From a virus, in the IMG/VR virus record IMGVR_UViG_3300017694_000010, positions 1-40,231 of that record: a stretch of DNA of 40,231 nt. One strand, written 5' to 3'. This document shows positions 8,627 through 16,736 of this stretch, piece by piece. The position numbers and the translations under genes are program-made. Within the stretch, counting starts at the first letter, position 1. Every line of letters begins with the position of its first letter. The notes beneath the pieces were generated by a model that did no database searches, was not told the origin of the DNA, and saw nothing but the letters and a program-made list of their open reading frames with translations.

Positions 8627-9327
8627 GCGACAATCCAGATGACATGACGCCAGTCGACGTGCTGTCGGCCCAGGCGGCGAAGGGTCAGATGGACCCGATT
8701 CCTGCGGCCATTGAGGGTCTGAACCAGCGGATCCTGGCAGGTCGCGAGGGGCGGCTGGCGCTGACGGCGCGGGTGGACACGCTGGAGCAGCGCGCTCCTG
8801 TGCCGGGGCCGGTTGGCCCTACTGGTCCGGCGGGAGCCAAGGGGGCGACTGGCCCGAAAGGAGATGCTGGAGCCGCCGGATCGACCGGTCCTGCCGGGGC
8901 TACGGGCCCTAAGGGGGATACCGGTTCTACCGGAGCCACTGGCCCAGCCGGCGCGAAAGGCGACACTGGCACGACGGGCGCCACAGGGCCTGCGGGTCCG
9001 CCCGGGGCAACTGGCCCGACCGGCGCCAAGGGTGACACCGGAGCGCAAGGCCCGGCCGGCACGCCAACCCGCATCGAGACCTACACCGCGACCAGCAACG
9101 CCTCTGGCCTCGCGACCTTCACGTTCCCGGCCTTCACCGAGATCCTGGACATCAGGATCAAGCCCACCTGGATCGCGGACCAGTACGTCGGCGGCGGCGT
9201 CACGGCTCAGACCCTGACCGGCTGCACCGTCCTCGTGAAGCGGTCGCGCGGCACGCTGCTGCTGACCTCCGGGCCGTTCGAAACCGGGCCGACTACCCCC
9301 GTCACCATCGTCATCTACGGCCGCTAG
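8623..9327 (+). CDS. Collagen-like triple-helix repeat tail fibre protein
   Basis: 29 uninterrupted G-X-Y triplets ([28 protein letters not shown]...GAQGPAGTP, about nt 8806-9066), flanked by a coiled-coil-like N-terminus and an approximately 85-aa C-terminal domain. Confidence 0.8.
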   Translation: MSDNPDDMTPVDVLSAQAAKGQMDPIPAAIEGLNQRILAGREGRLALTARVDTLEQRAPVPGPVGPTGPAGAKGATGPKGDAGAAGSTGPAGATGPKGDTGSTGATGPAGAKGDTGTTGATGPAGPPGATGPTGAKGDTGAQGPAGTPTRIETYTATSNASGLATFTFPAFTEILDIRIKPTWIADQYVGGGVTAQTLTGCTVLVKRSRGTLLLTSGPFETGPTTPVTIVIYGR

Positions 9328-9359
9328 CGCCACCACCCTACAATTCGAGGATACCCAGC

Positions 9360-11441
9360 ATGGCATCCATTCCGGGCCGTGGCGCACAAGTGCGTCTGGA
9401 CGGTGACGCCCAGAAGCTCGCGCGTGGCGCTGGCGCTACCCGCCTTGTCGACAGCCTGGAGCAGAAAGCCGCGCTCGAACGCGCCGGCATCTCGGCCGAT
9501 GGCTACACGCCGGACGGTTCGACGGTGACTGGGCAGGCGGCTGAAGACGAGGCGCTGACGCCTGGCGGTGTGGTGCCGGATATCGGCACCGTCTCCGCGA
9601 TCGCGACGACCGCTGCGAACACCGCGGCGACGGCGAAAGTGGCGGAAATCGCGGTTCCGCTGACTGGCGGCACGATGACCGGGGCGCTGACCGTCATCGC
9701 ACCTACCGCCGACAACCACCCGGCCCGCCGCATCGACCTGGCATCACTGCCTGCGAATGCGGTGGTTCCCACCATCAACGCGGACCAGGGCAACACCCGC
9801 ATCGCCAATGCCGCAGCGGTGCAGGCCATGATTGAGCGTGTGCAGGGCCGTACTGACACGCTGGCAACGCTACGAGCTCGGGCGGTCGCGGCGCCGGCTG
9901 CGGGCAACTTCTCCCTGTGCTTCATGCAAGGGTATCGCGTTCGGGGTGATGGTGGCGAAGGCCTCTTCACGTGGGACACAAACAGCACCCTGGACGATGA
10001 CGGCGGCACTGTCATCCAACCGACCGCTATTGCCGCCGGCTCCCCGGGCCGCTGGCGCCGGCTCACGATGGGAATGCCGTACAACTTCCTGTGGTTCGGC
10101 GCGGTGGCCGGTAATGGCGCAATCGACAACAAACCGTTTTTCGATGCTGCCCTGGCGGCCTGCGTGCGAGACCGGCGGGAAGGCTACATTCCCCCCGGCG
10201 ATTATACCCTGTCGCCCATTACGCTCCCTGCCGCCTTCCACTCGGTTCGCTGCGGGGGGCGTGATCTGACGACGCTGATCCGCAAATCCGGGGTAACCGC
10301 TCGGGGTGCGATGATCGTGCCCTACCACACGCAGCGCAGCCCGAAGTGGACGGGGTTTCGCCTCAGAGGCTTCGCCAGCGATAACGGCGCCGGCATCTAT
10401 GTCGATGATGCTGTGCTGTACCGCCGCACCTCAGGGGTGACGGCATCCGGCTCTACCAGCATCTTGCTTACGACTGCGGCAACCGCAGCCCTAGTCGGGC
10501 TGTACCTGAACGTCGCGGGTGCCCCATCCACCACCCGCGTCACCGCCGTCAGCGGCAACACGATCACCATCGACACGGCGACCACGGCCGCGATCCCGAA
10601 CAATACCGAAATCCAGTTCGTCGTTGCGCCAAACGCCTACATCAACGCCATCGACCTTGAGGACGTGCTGATCGACAGCATGGTCGGCGACGGCATCTAT
10701 GTCGGCTCGGGTCGTTCGCTGGCGAAGATGCAGAACGTCACCGTCTCGGCTGCAGGGCAGAACGGCTTTAACTTCTTCCGCGGCCCTGACCACAGGCTTC
10801 GCAACGTGTACGCGGGCGACTGTGTGCTGGCGGGGCTGCGCTATGAGGCTGCCACCGACCTGTCGGTCAACCAGTTCGCCTTCTACAATAACGGCGAAGG
10901 CATTCACGGCGAGCTGACCAACGCCAACCCAGCGCGTTTCATCGACGGCAGTATCGATGGCAGCAAGACGCATGGTGTCAACCTGGTCGGGTACACCTTC
11001 GAGAACACCTCTGAGCTGACGCTGATTCGGTTCTCGGCCAACAGTTCCAGTAGCCCCGGAACCTACTCGGACATCAAGGTGTCAGGTACCCGCAGTGTCG
11101 TGGTCGCCAACAACGTCTTCGTATCGCAGGGTTCAGCGACGGTGAAGCACGTTATCGAGTGCGCTTCTATGACCGGGCCGCTGGTGGTGTCCGGCAACAG
11201 TTTTGAGCAGCCGAATCGCATCTCCTACGCCGTCTCGCCCACCAACGACTATTGGAGCGCTCCGCTGCTCGGCGCCGCCAAGCAGTTCATCGCGGTCACC
11301 TTTGCCGAACTCACTCCCACACGCGCGACAGCCGACCCCGGCCGGGTCGTGCAGGTAACCGACCGCACCAACCGCCTCGCCACTGCCTCCGCTTCTGGAG
11401 GCGGCACATGGACCGACGTAGCCGGAGCAACCTTCGCATGA
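9360..11441 (+). CDS. Tail fibre / tailspike 2 with pectate-lyase-like beta-helix (putative depolymerase)
   Basis: Tail-fibre motif PLTGGTMTGALTV. Pectate-lyase-3-like entry FLWFGAVAGNGAIDNKPFFDAALAACVRDRREGYIPPGDYTLSPITL. Beta-helix-like repeats follow. The N-terminus shares a module with ORF 37392. Confidence 0.7.
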   Translation: MASIPGRGAQVRLDGDAQKLARGAGATRLVDSLEQKAALERAGISADGYTPDGSTVTGQAAEDEALTPGGVVPDIGTVSAIATTAANTAATAKVAEIAVPLTGGTMTGALTVIAPTADNHPARRIDLASLPANAVVPTINADQGNTRIANAAAVQAMIERVQGRTDTLATLRARAVAAPAAGNFSLCFMQGYRVRGDGGEGLFTWDTNSTLDDDGGTVIQPTAIAAGSPGRWRRLTMGMPYNFLWFGAVAGNGAIDNKPFFDAALAACVRDRREGYIPPGDYTLSPITLPAAFHSVRCGGRDLTTLIRKSGVTARGAMIVPYHTQRSPKWTGFRLRGFASDNGAGIYVDDAVLYRRTSGVTASGSTSILLTTAATAALVGLYLNVAGAPSTTRVTAVSGNTITIDTATTAAIPNNTEIQFVVAPNAYINAIDLEDVLIDSMVGDGIYVGSGRSLAKMQNVTVSAAGQNGFNFFRGPDHRLRNVYAGDCVLAGLRYEAATDLSVNQFAFYNNGEGIHGELTNANPARFIDGSIDGSKTHGVNLVGYTFENTSELTLIRFSANSSSSPGTYSDIKVSGTRSVVVANNVFVSQGSATVKHVIECASMTGPLVVSGNSFEQPNRISYAVSPTNDYWSAPLLGAAKQFIAVTFAELTPTRATADPGRVVQVTDRTNRLATASASGGGTWTDVAGATFA

Positions 11442-13594
11442 CCGTCGCCTTCATCAAGCGCCCCGCTCTAGAGGCGATCAAGCCCACGCATTTCCTGCCC
11501 GTCCAGGAGGCGGGCGGACCCGCAAGCCGTGTCAACGCTGCGGTCCTGACCGCCGGCATCGTGACGGCGGCGACCGAGGCGGCTGTGGCTGCCACGGCCT
11601 CCAAGGTCACGGCAGAGCAGGTCCGGCAGATCGTCCAGACCCTTCTCGCCGAGCAGGCTGCAGCCGTTCCTGTGGTCACACCGGTCATGAACATCAGCGC
11701 GAGCACCCGGACCATCGTCCAAGGCACGGTGCAGAGCGGTTCCGAGCTGGCGGTCGTGACCCTCAGCTCCGCGCTGCCGTCCGGTGTGGCGCCTGTCGTG
11801 GTGCCGGATGACGGTCGCCTGGCCGTCTCCCCGCTGCGGAACGGGACGACCTTCTCCGTCTTGCAGGGCACCTCGGCCATCAGCACGGGCACCAGCACGT
11901 TCGCCATCAAGCTGGTGGCGGCAGACGGTAAGCAGGTGGGCACACAAGCGGTGCCCTTCGCTGTGACGGTGGAGGCCCCGGTGGTCACGCCGACGCCCGC
12001 GCCGACGACCGGCTACTCGGCAGTGCTGACGAATGACCTGGGCCAGTCCTGGACCTACACCACGGACGGCAAGAGCTCGACCCAGCGCAATCTGGCGCAG
12101 CGGTACACGGCGGAGGTGCCCAAGAGCTTCGCGGGTGTCAGCTCGGCGCGCATCGTGCTGGACACCTATGCCACCGGCTGGGCTGACTTCGCCCTGCGGA
12201 ACGACGCCGCCATGATCCTGGACGGCGGGCCCATCAAGGTGTCGATCAAGCTCTACAAGGGCGCTGATCTGGTCGCCACCAAGGCGATGGACACCATCCA
12301 CCAGTACACGGGGCGGCTCTACCCCATCGGCACGCCGGTCTATCCGACGCTGCCAACCACGGCATCCCTCGAAACGGCGGGCAAGATCCACCGCTACATC
12401 GAGGGTCCGGTCACGGAGAGCCGGCTGGCGGCCTATGCGGCGCAGATGACGTCCCCGACCTGGAACAAGCCGGGGGACAGCCGCGGCATCACGCAGTACA
12501 TGCCGGCCACGGGCGGGCGTGCAGACATCGGCCAGACCACCGACGCGCAGTCGGCCTTCCTGTGCTCGCGCGATCAGCGGGTGTTCGACTACATCGTGGG
12601 GCAGGCTGAAGCCGGCGCCGTGATCCCCTGGCACCTGTGGGACAAGGGCAACGGCCAATGGCTGAGCACCGAGTTCTACCCGCACCTCTGGAGCGATGGA
12701 CGCGGCGGCACCGGCACCCCAGGGGACCGCTATGCCTCGGGTCTGTCGCAGCAGATCCCCAGCAATCAGGTGACGGGCTGGACGCCAGAGAGCGCCCACA
12801 TGCCGGACCTGTTCTACATTCCCTACATCCTGACGGGGCGCGAGGCTTTCCGCGACAACCTGTTCGGCCAAGCGAGCTGGTCGGTGATGAACGTCTGGGC
12901 CGAGGATGGGCGCTTCAATGCCGACCCTCAGCGCGGTTCTGACGGCAACCTGCTGGTCCGCGGCGGGCAGGTGCGGGCCACCGCCTGGGTGATGAAGGCC
13001 ATCGACAACGCGCTGGCGACGTCCGACGCCGGCTCGTTCGAGCGGACCTACTTCACCAAGGTGTCCAACCGGAACTGGAAGTGGCTGCGCGACCAGACCT
13101 CCATCTGGGGCTCGCAGCAGGGCGAGACCTACGGCTTCATCCCGCAGTTCCTGGACGATGAGGGCGGGCTGATCCGCCCCTGGCAGGAGGACTACCTGAC
13201 CGGCACGGCGGCGGCTGCGGCACGTCGCGGCAACACGGACGCTCGGGCATTCCTGACCTGGAAGGCCAACTATCAGAAGGGCCGGGTCAAGTTCCTCGGC
13301 AATGACGGCCCGGCCTACCTGATTAAGATCGCGAACGCCTCCTTCGTCCCCTACGGCACATGGTCGGCCGTGGCCTCGGCGCAGGTAGCGGCGGGCGTGT
13401 CGAACGGCTCGGGCTGGTCGCACAGTGATGGCGACTTCGCGCAGCTGCTGATCGGCGCGCTCCGGCTGATCTGGCAGGTGCTGGGCGATACTGAGGCGCG
13501 GGACCTGTCGGACCAGCTGTTGGCGAAGAACCCGCCCTATACGGATTCGGCGAGCTACGCCGTGGAGACGCTGAACCGGTTCGAGCGGGCGTGA
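11438..13594 (+). CDS. Large fibre-module protein; the C-terminal domain may be a polysaccharide lyase/depolymerase (alpha/alpha-toroid-like), unverified
   Basis: ATGA overlap with 9360..11441. Ala/Thr/Val-rich N-terminal stalk. The C-terminal about 450 aa are rich in W/Y/H with motifs such as ITQYMPATGGRADIGQTTDAQSAF and PESAHMPDLFYIPYILTGREAFRDNL. Functional call is weak. Confidence 0.35.
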   Translation: MTVAFIKRPALEAIKPTHFLPVQEAGGPASRVNAAVLTAGIVTAATEAAVAATASKVTAEQVRQIVQTLLAEQAAAVPVVTPVMNISASTRTIVQGTVQSGSELAVVTLSSALPSGVAPVVVPDDGRLAVSPLRNGTTFSVLQGTSAISTGTSTFAIKLVAADGKQVGTQAVPFAVTVEAPVVTPTPAPTTGYSAVLTNDLGQSWTYTTDGKSSTQRNLAQRYTAEVPKSFAGVSSARIVLDTYATGWADFALRNDAAMILDGGPIKVSIKLYKGADLVATKAMDTIHQYTGRLYPIGTPVYPTLPTTASLETAGKIHRYIEGPVTESRLAAYAAQMTSPTWNKPGDSRGITQYMPATGGRADIGQTTDAQSAFLCSRDQRVFDYIVGQAEAGAVIPWHLWDKGNGQWLSTEFYPHLWSDGRGGTGTPGDRYASGLSQQIPSNQVTGWTPESAHMPDLFYIPYILTGREAFRDNLFGQASWSVMNVWAEDGRFNADPQRGSDGNLLVRGGQVRATAWVMKAIDNALATSDAGSFERTYFTKVSNRNWKWLRDQTSIWGSQQGETYGFIPQFLDDEGGLIRPWQEDYLTGTAAAAARRGNTDARAFLTWKANYQKGRVKFLGNDGPAYLIKIANASFVPYGTWSAVASAQVAAGVSNGSGWSHSDGDFAQLLIGALRLIWQVLGDTEARDLSDQLLAKNPPYTDSASYAVETLNRFERA

Positions 13595-13605
13595 GGAGCT
13601 GACCC

Positions 13606-14022
13606 ATGCCCAAGCGCACCATCAACTACCTGATCCATCCATTCCGGTATCCTGAGTGGGGGGAACTGGTCTGCGCGATCCTGGGTGGTCTGCAGTTCAT
13701 CTGGGCGCTGTCGTCGTTCAGTGAGCTACAGAACCGGGCCACACTGGCTACCACCATATACCTCTCGCCTGAAGCATGGACGGTCGCCGGCTTATTGCTA
13801 GCGGTCGGCCACGTCATGGCGCTGCGATTTGGCGGCACATCGCGTGGCTACGTGGCGAGATTGACCGCTGCCGCCTGCTCGCTCGCCTTCTGGGCACATT
13901 TCATCATTTCGTACGTGCTCAATGCGATGATCAACCAATTGCAGATGCCGTTTGTGGTTCCTGCTTTGGCGGCCCCGCTCGTCGCGGGCGCTGTCCTGTG
14001 GCGTTTGTGGAGGCGCTATTGA
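13606..14022 (+). CDS. Four-TM membrane protein, holin/antiholin candidate
   Basis: GAGGAG RBS. Four hydrophobic helices. First gene of the lysis cluster. Visibly lower G+C than the flanks. Confidence 0.45.
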   Translation: MPKRTINYLIHPFRYPEWGELVCAILGGLQFIWALSSFSELQNRATLATTIYLSPEAWTVAGLLLAVGHVMALRFGGTSRGYVARLTAAACSLAFWAHFIISYVLNAMINQLQMPFVVPALAAPLVAGAVLWRLWRRY

Positions 14023-14023
14023 G

Positions 14024-14401
14024 ATGGGCGAGGGTTGGGAGAAGATCATCGCCGCCGTGGGATCGGCTCTCGCCGCTGTTTTAGCCCCTGCGGGGGTTAT
14101 CTACGCCGCCAGCGTGACACGCTCCAACAAGGCCGCCGAAGCCACCGTGGCCACCTTAACGGCGGATGTTGAGTACCTAGAGGAACGGCTTGAGGCCGAA
14201 ACCGTCAGCGGCAGGCGCTGGTACGAAGAACTGGTGCGTCTGCATGCCGAGTTGCGCCACGAGCGCGCGGGCCGGCTGGGTGAGCGGCAGGCGCTGATCC
14301 GCCAGAACATCGTCAAGGCGGATGCCTTCCTCGTACTGGACCCGATTGAACCGCTGCAAGCCATCATCGACCGCAGCAATCCGGCCCCGTCCAAGGGCTA
14401 A
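14024..14401 (+). CDS. N-terminally anchored coiled-coil protein (i-spanin-like or lysis accessory)
   Basis: ATG 14024 lies 1 nt after the upstream stop. TM segment IIAAVGSALAAVLAPAGVIYAA, then coiled-coil-like LTADVEYLEERLEAETVSGRRWYEELVRLHAELRHE. Confidence 0.4.
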   Translation: MGEGWEKIIAAVGSALAAVLAPAGVIYAASVTRSNKAAEATVATLTADVEYLEERLEAETVSGRRWYEELVRLHAELRHERAGRLGERQALIRQNIVKADAFLVLDPIEPLQAIIDRSNPAPSKG

Positions 14402-14449
14402 CCGACGCCGGGGCGGACCCCTAGCATCCTGACAATCTGGAGTGACCCC

Positions 14450-15070
14450 ATGGGAGCCCTGATCCCGGTGGCCCTTTCGCTCGTCCCCTCCCTGGCCCGG
14501 TGGCTGGTGGGGGAGAAGGCGGGAGAGGTATCCGCGCGCGTGGCAGGCGTGGTGGAGGCCGTGACTGGCACCACCTCGGCTTCTCTGGCTGGCATCGCGC
14601 TAGGCGATCCTGCCAAGGCTGCCGAATTGCGGATCCGCCTGGCCGAGATCGAACGGCAGAGCGAGGCAGAGGAGCGCACCGCCTATCTTGCTGACATCGC
14701 CAGCGCCCGCAATCAGACTGTGAGCCTTGCGCAGGCCGCCAGCAGCATAGCCTGGGCAGCGCCGATCATCTCGGTGGTTGTCGTGGCCGGCTTCTTCGCC
14801 TGCACCCTGGTGATGCTGTTCGTGGAGCGGACCTGGGACGAGCGCACGGCCGGCCTGCTCAACACCCTCTATGGCGCGCTGATCCTCGGCTTTGGCCAGG
14901 TCACGAGCTACTGGCTCGGCTCCAGCGCCGGCAGCAAGCGCAGCGGCGACGCGGTGAGGGAGATTGCGGCCAGTCAGATGGCGGCTCGTGCCCCTGTGGC
15001 CATCGCCACCACTGGGCCTGTCACCACGGACAGCCTCAACGATGCTTCGCTGGCGGCGGCGCGGTCATGA
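14450..15070 (+). CDS. Holin of the GTA-type 3-TM family (DUF3154-like), putative
   Basis: Soluble N-terminal half with AELRIRLAEIERQSEAEERTAYLADIASARNQ, followed by hydrophobic helices (IAWAAPIISVVVVAGFFACTLVMLFV; LLNTLYGALILGFGQVTSYWLG). ATGA-coupled to the endolysin gene. Confidence 0.45.
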   Translation: MGALIPVALSLVPSLARWLVGEKAGEVSARVAGVVEAVTGTTSASLAGIALGDPAKAAELRIRLAEIERQSEAEERTAYLADIASARNQTVSLAQAASSIAWAAPIISVVVVAGFFACTLVMLFVERTWDERTAGLLNTLYGALILGFGQVTSYWLGSSAGSKRSGDAVREIAASQMAARAPVAIATTGPVTTDSLNDASLAAARS

Positions 15071-15564
15071 CCCCAACCGAGTTCCGCAACACCATCATTG
15101 AGCCGGGCGCCGACTGGCTGGAGAGGATGGCGGGGGTCCGCTCCACCATCGCAGCCAAGCGTATCCTGACGGCCATCGCCTATCAGGAAAGTGCGATGCA
15201 GCACCGGGCGCAGATCGTGTCCGGCGGCGGGGCAGGGCCGGCGCGCGGGTTCTGGCAGTTCGAGCAGGGCGGCGGGGTAGCGGGTGTCCTGCGCCATGCC
15301 ACCAGTCGGCCCAAGGCGCTGACCGTCTGCGATGCGTGCTCCGTGGCGCCCGATGCGGCTTCCGCGTGGCGCGCGCTGGAGGGGCATGACCTACTGGCCT
15401 ACTCCTTCGCCCGCCTGCTGCTGCTGACGGACCCGCCGGCTATCCCTGAGACGACCGACGCGGCGTGGGACTGCTACGCCAAGCGGCTCTGGCGTCCGGG
15501 CAAGCCGTACCGGCTGAAGTGGGACGCCTCCTGGGCCTATGCGCTGGACCAGTATCCGGCCTGA
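15067..15564 (+). CDS. Endolysin candidate (lysozyme-like / lytic transglycosylase-like fold)
   Basis: AIAYQESAMQHRAQ (E-S catalytic-type motif) and ARGFWQFEQGG resemble the SLT-type signature. Last gene of the late operon. Confidence 0.5.
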   Translation: MTPTEFRNTIIEPGADWLERMAGVRSTIAAKRILTAIAYQESAMQHRAQIVSGGGAGPARGFWQFEQGGGVAGVLRHATSRPKALTVCDACSVAPDAASAWRALEGHDLLAYSFARLLLLTDPPAIPETTDAAWDCYAKRLWRPGKPYRLKWDASWAYALDQYPA

Positions 15565-15781
15565 TCCCGCTTGCTTCCCCGATTCGCGCCCAATAGAATT
15601 AGGGCGCGGTGGATCTGGATACGGTTGGGGATAGCCCGGCCGTCGCGATGCCAGACCGCTCAGGAGCAACCCGTGCGCTCCTGCCTTCTCCTAGCCACCG
15701 CCTCGGCGGTGCGCATTGAAGACCTCCGGTGGAGGCGGCGGGATTGATCACCCGTGACAGGCTTGGAGGGCCTTGCGAGAG

Positions 15782-15817
15782 CCGCCCGGTGGAGCAATCC
15801 CCGGGCGGTTTTCTTTT
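15782..15817 (+). terminator. Rho-independent terminator at the end of the late operon
   Basis: 8-bp GC stem ccgcccgg/ccgggcgg (15782-15789 / 15801-15808), 11-nt loop, then ttttctttt (15809-15817). Confidence 0.8.
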
Positions 15818-15917
15818 GCGCTCCGCGTAATTCCTTCGTACGCTTTCGGACATGCCTCTGGTGGGGCGCCTGACAGTCGCCCGACTTGACCCCCCGTCTG
15901 TTGGGTGGCTGTCAGGC

Positions 15918-16133
15918 CTACCCGCGCTTCCAGCGCTTCTCGACCTCGCCCTTATGCGCCGTGCAGGCCCAGATGCCTGGGTTGGTAAGGTCGCCCCCGA
16001 AGCCGAACGACCCATACGCGCCACACACCGCGCAGAAATGCTCGAACGGCTCCTGCCGAATCATGCCGACGCGCTGCGGATCGGCCTGGGAGTAGGGCAC
16101 GGGCGAGGCGGGGCGGTAGGGCTGGTCGGACAT
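15918..16133 (-). CDS. Small Cys/His zinc-ribbon-like protein, cargo gene next to attP
   Basis: 71 aa. G/C-rich third codon positions in the checked frame. FCAVCGAYGSFGF...WACTAH motif. Confidence 0.55.
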   Translation of the reverse strand: MSDQPYRPASPVPYSQADPQRVGMIRQEPFEHFCAVCGAYGSFGFGGDLTNPGIWACTAHKGEVEKRWKRG

Positions 16134-16169
16134 CGCGCGACCATAGCGGCGTGCTCAACCGGCGCCAGC

Positions 16170-16472
16170 CTAGACCTCCTTCGGCATCCTCGCCTCGACC
16201 GTATCCGCCCAATCCGGCGGCTGCAACTCGGCCGGCCCAATCCAGTACCCGTGGAGCGAAATGCTGGCCCCGCGCTTCCCGCAGGCGTCGCACTTCAGCC
16301 TGTGCTTGGTCTCGATGACGTCCAGCCCGCCAAAGCCCCGCCCCACCATCGTCTTGCAGGCCACGAGGGTCTGGCGCCGGCAGTGCAGGCAGCGGACATC
16401 ATGCCAGATGCCTTCGCGCGCGTGGTCGGCGTAGGTGGCCCAGGTGGTGGCCTTGGCGACATTTTCTGGCAT
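16170..16472 (-). CDS. Cys4 zinc-ribbon protein, cargo gene next to attP
   Basis: 100 aa. CLHC...(32 aa)...CDAC arrangement. Co-oriented with the tRNA fragment at attP. Confidence 0.55.
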   Translation of the reverse strand: MPENVAKATTWATYADHAREGIWHDVRCLHCRRQTLVACKTMVGRGFGGLDVIETKHRLKCDACGKRGASISLHGYWIGPAELQPPDWADTVEARMPKEV

Positions 16473-16587
16473 GGGTTGAGGGTAGGCAGGGAACGGGGCG
16501 AGAACAACCGCTTCCGGGGCTGTGTCAGGATTGTGCCAACCAGGGGTGATTCTGGGGCGTCCTGATCCGCTTCTGTTCGCATTGCCC

Positions 16588-16598
16588 GGGCAGGGCAG
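16588..16598 (+). repeat. GGGCAGGGCAG direct repeat, copy 1 (candidate integrase arm-type site)
   Basis: The identical 11-mer recurs at 16718-16728. The two copies flank the tRNA-like attP core. Confidence 0.45.
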
Positions 16599-16622
16599 CG
16601 GGCTAACCCGCTGAAAAGACTA

Positions 16623-16669
16623 TGCTGCTGCAGGGAATCGAACCCTGGACCTCTCCCTTACCAAGGGAG
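16623..16669 (-). other. attP core: 3-prime portion of a tRNA-Thr(GGU) gene (anticodon arm to discriminator), not a complete tRNA
   Basis: The minus strand reads CTCCC-TTGGTAA-GGGAG (anticodon GGT), AGGTC, CAGGG-TTCGATT-CCCTG (T arm), CAGCAGC-A (acceptor 3-prime strand plus discriminator). No matching 5-prime acceptor strand or D arm upstream. Adjacent to int. Confidence 0.75.
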
Positions 16670-16717
16670 ACCAGCAGACAGGTTTTCGCCAGCCTTTACA
16701 TCGCCTTAGCCGGTGTG

Positions 16718-16728
16718 GGGCAGGGCAG
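16718..16728 (+). repeat. GGGCAGGGCAG direct repeat, copy 2 (candidate integrase arm-type site)
   Basis: Identical to 16588-16598. Lies between the attP core and the int stop codon. Confidence 0.45.
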
Positions 16729-16736
16729 TGTGGCAG

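Noticed and set aside
11468-13423. Very long antisense ORFs: 651 aa here; also 19706..21040 (+), 32782..34017 (-), 36405..37451 (-), 6590..7609 (-), 35232..36239 (-), 39479..40225 (-), 3754..4359 (-)
   Set aside because: They lie opposite well-supported genes and are Arg/Gly/His/Pro-rich low-complexity translations. They lack RBS and coupling signals. These are the usual shadow ORFs of GC-rich DNA, where stop codons are rare.
14024-14449. Embedded or overlapping o-spanin lipoprotein in the i-spanin-like gene
   Set aside because: Manual translation of both alternative frames gave only short Arg-rich peptides, with no hydrophobic signal followed by a lipobox Cys.
15673-15747. 24-codon ORF as a type I toxin or spanin
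   Set aside because: The hydrophobic stretch (LLLATASAV) is too short for a membrane helix, and there is no lipobox. It is kept only as part of the structured-region finding.
15852-16565. 237-aa + strand ORF spanning the attP-proximal region
   Set aside because: It is antisense to the two zinc-ribbon genes, which have the better codon bias. It begins downstream of a strong + strand terminator and has an Arg/Gly/Pro-rich composition.
16623-16700. Complete tRNA-Thr gene
   Set aside because: Upstream of the anticodon stem the sequence (…gctggcgaaaacctgtctgctggt) provides neither a D arm nor a 5-prime acceptor strand complementary to CAGCAGC. It is therefore treated as the attP core only.
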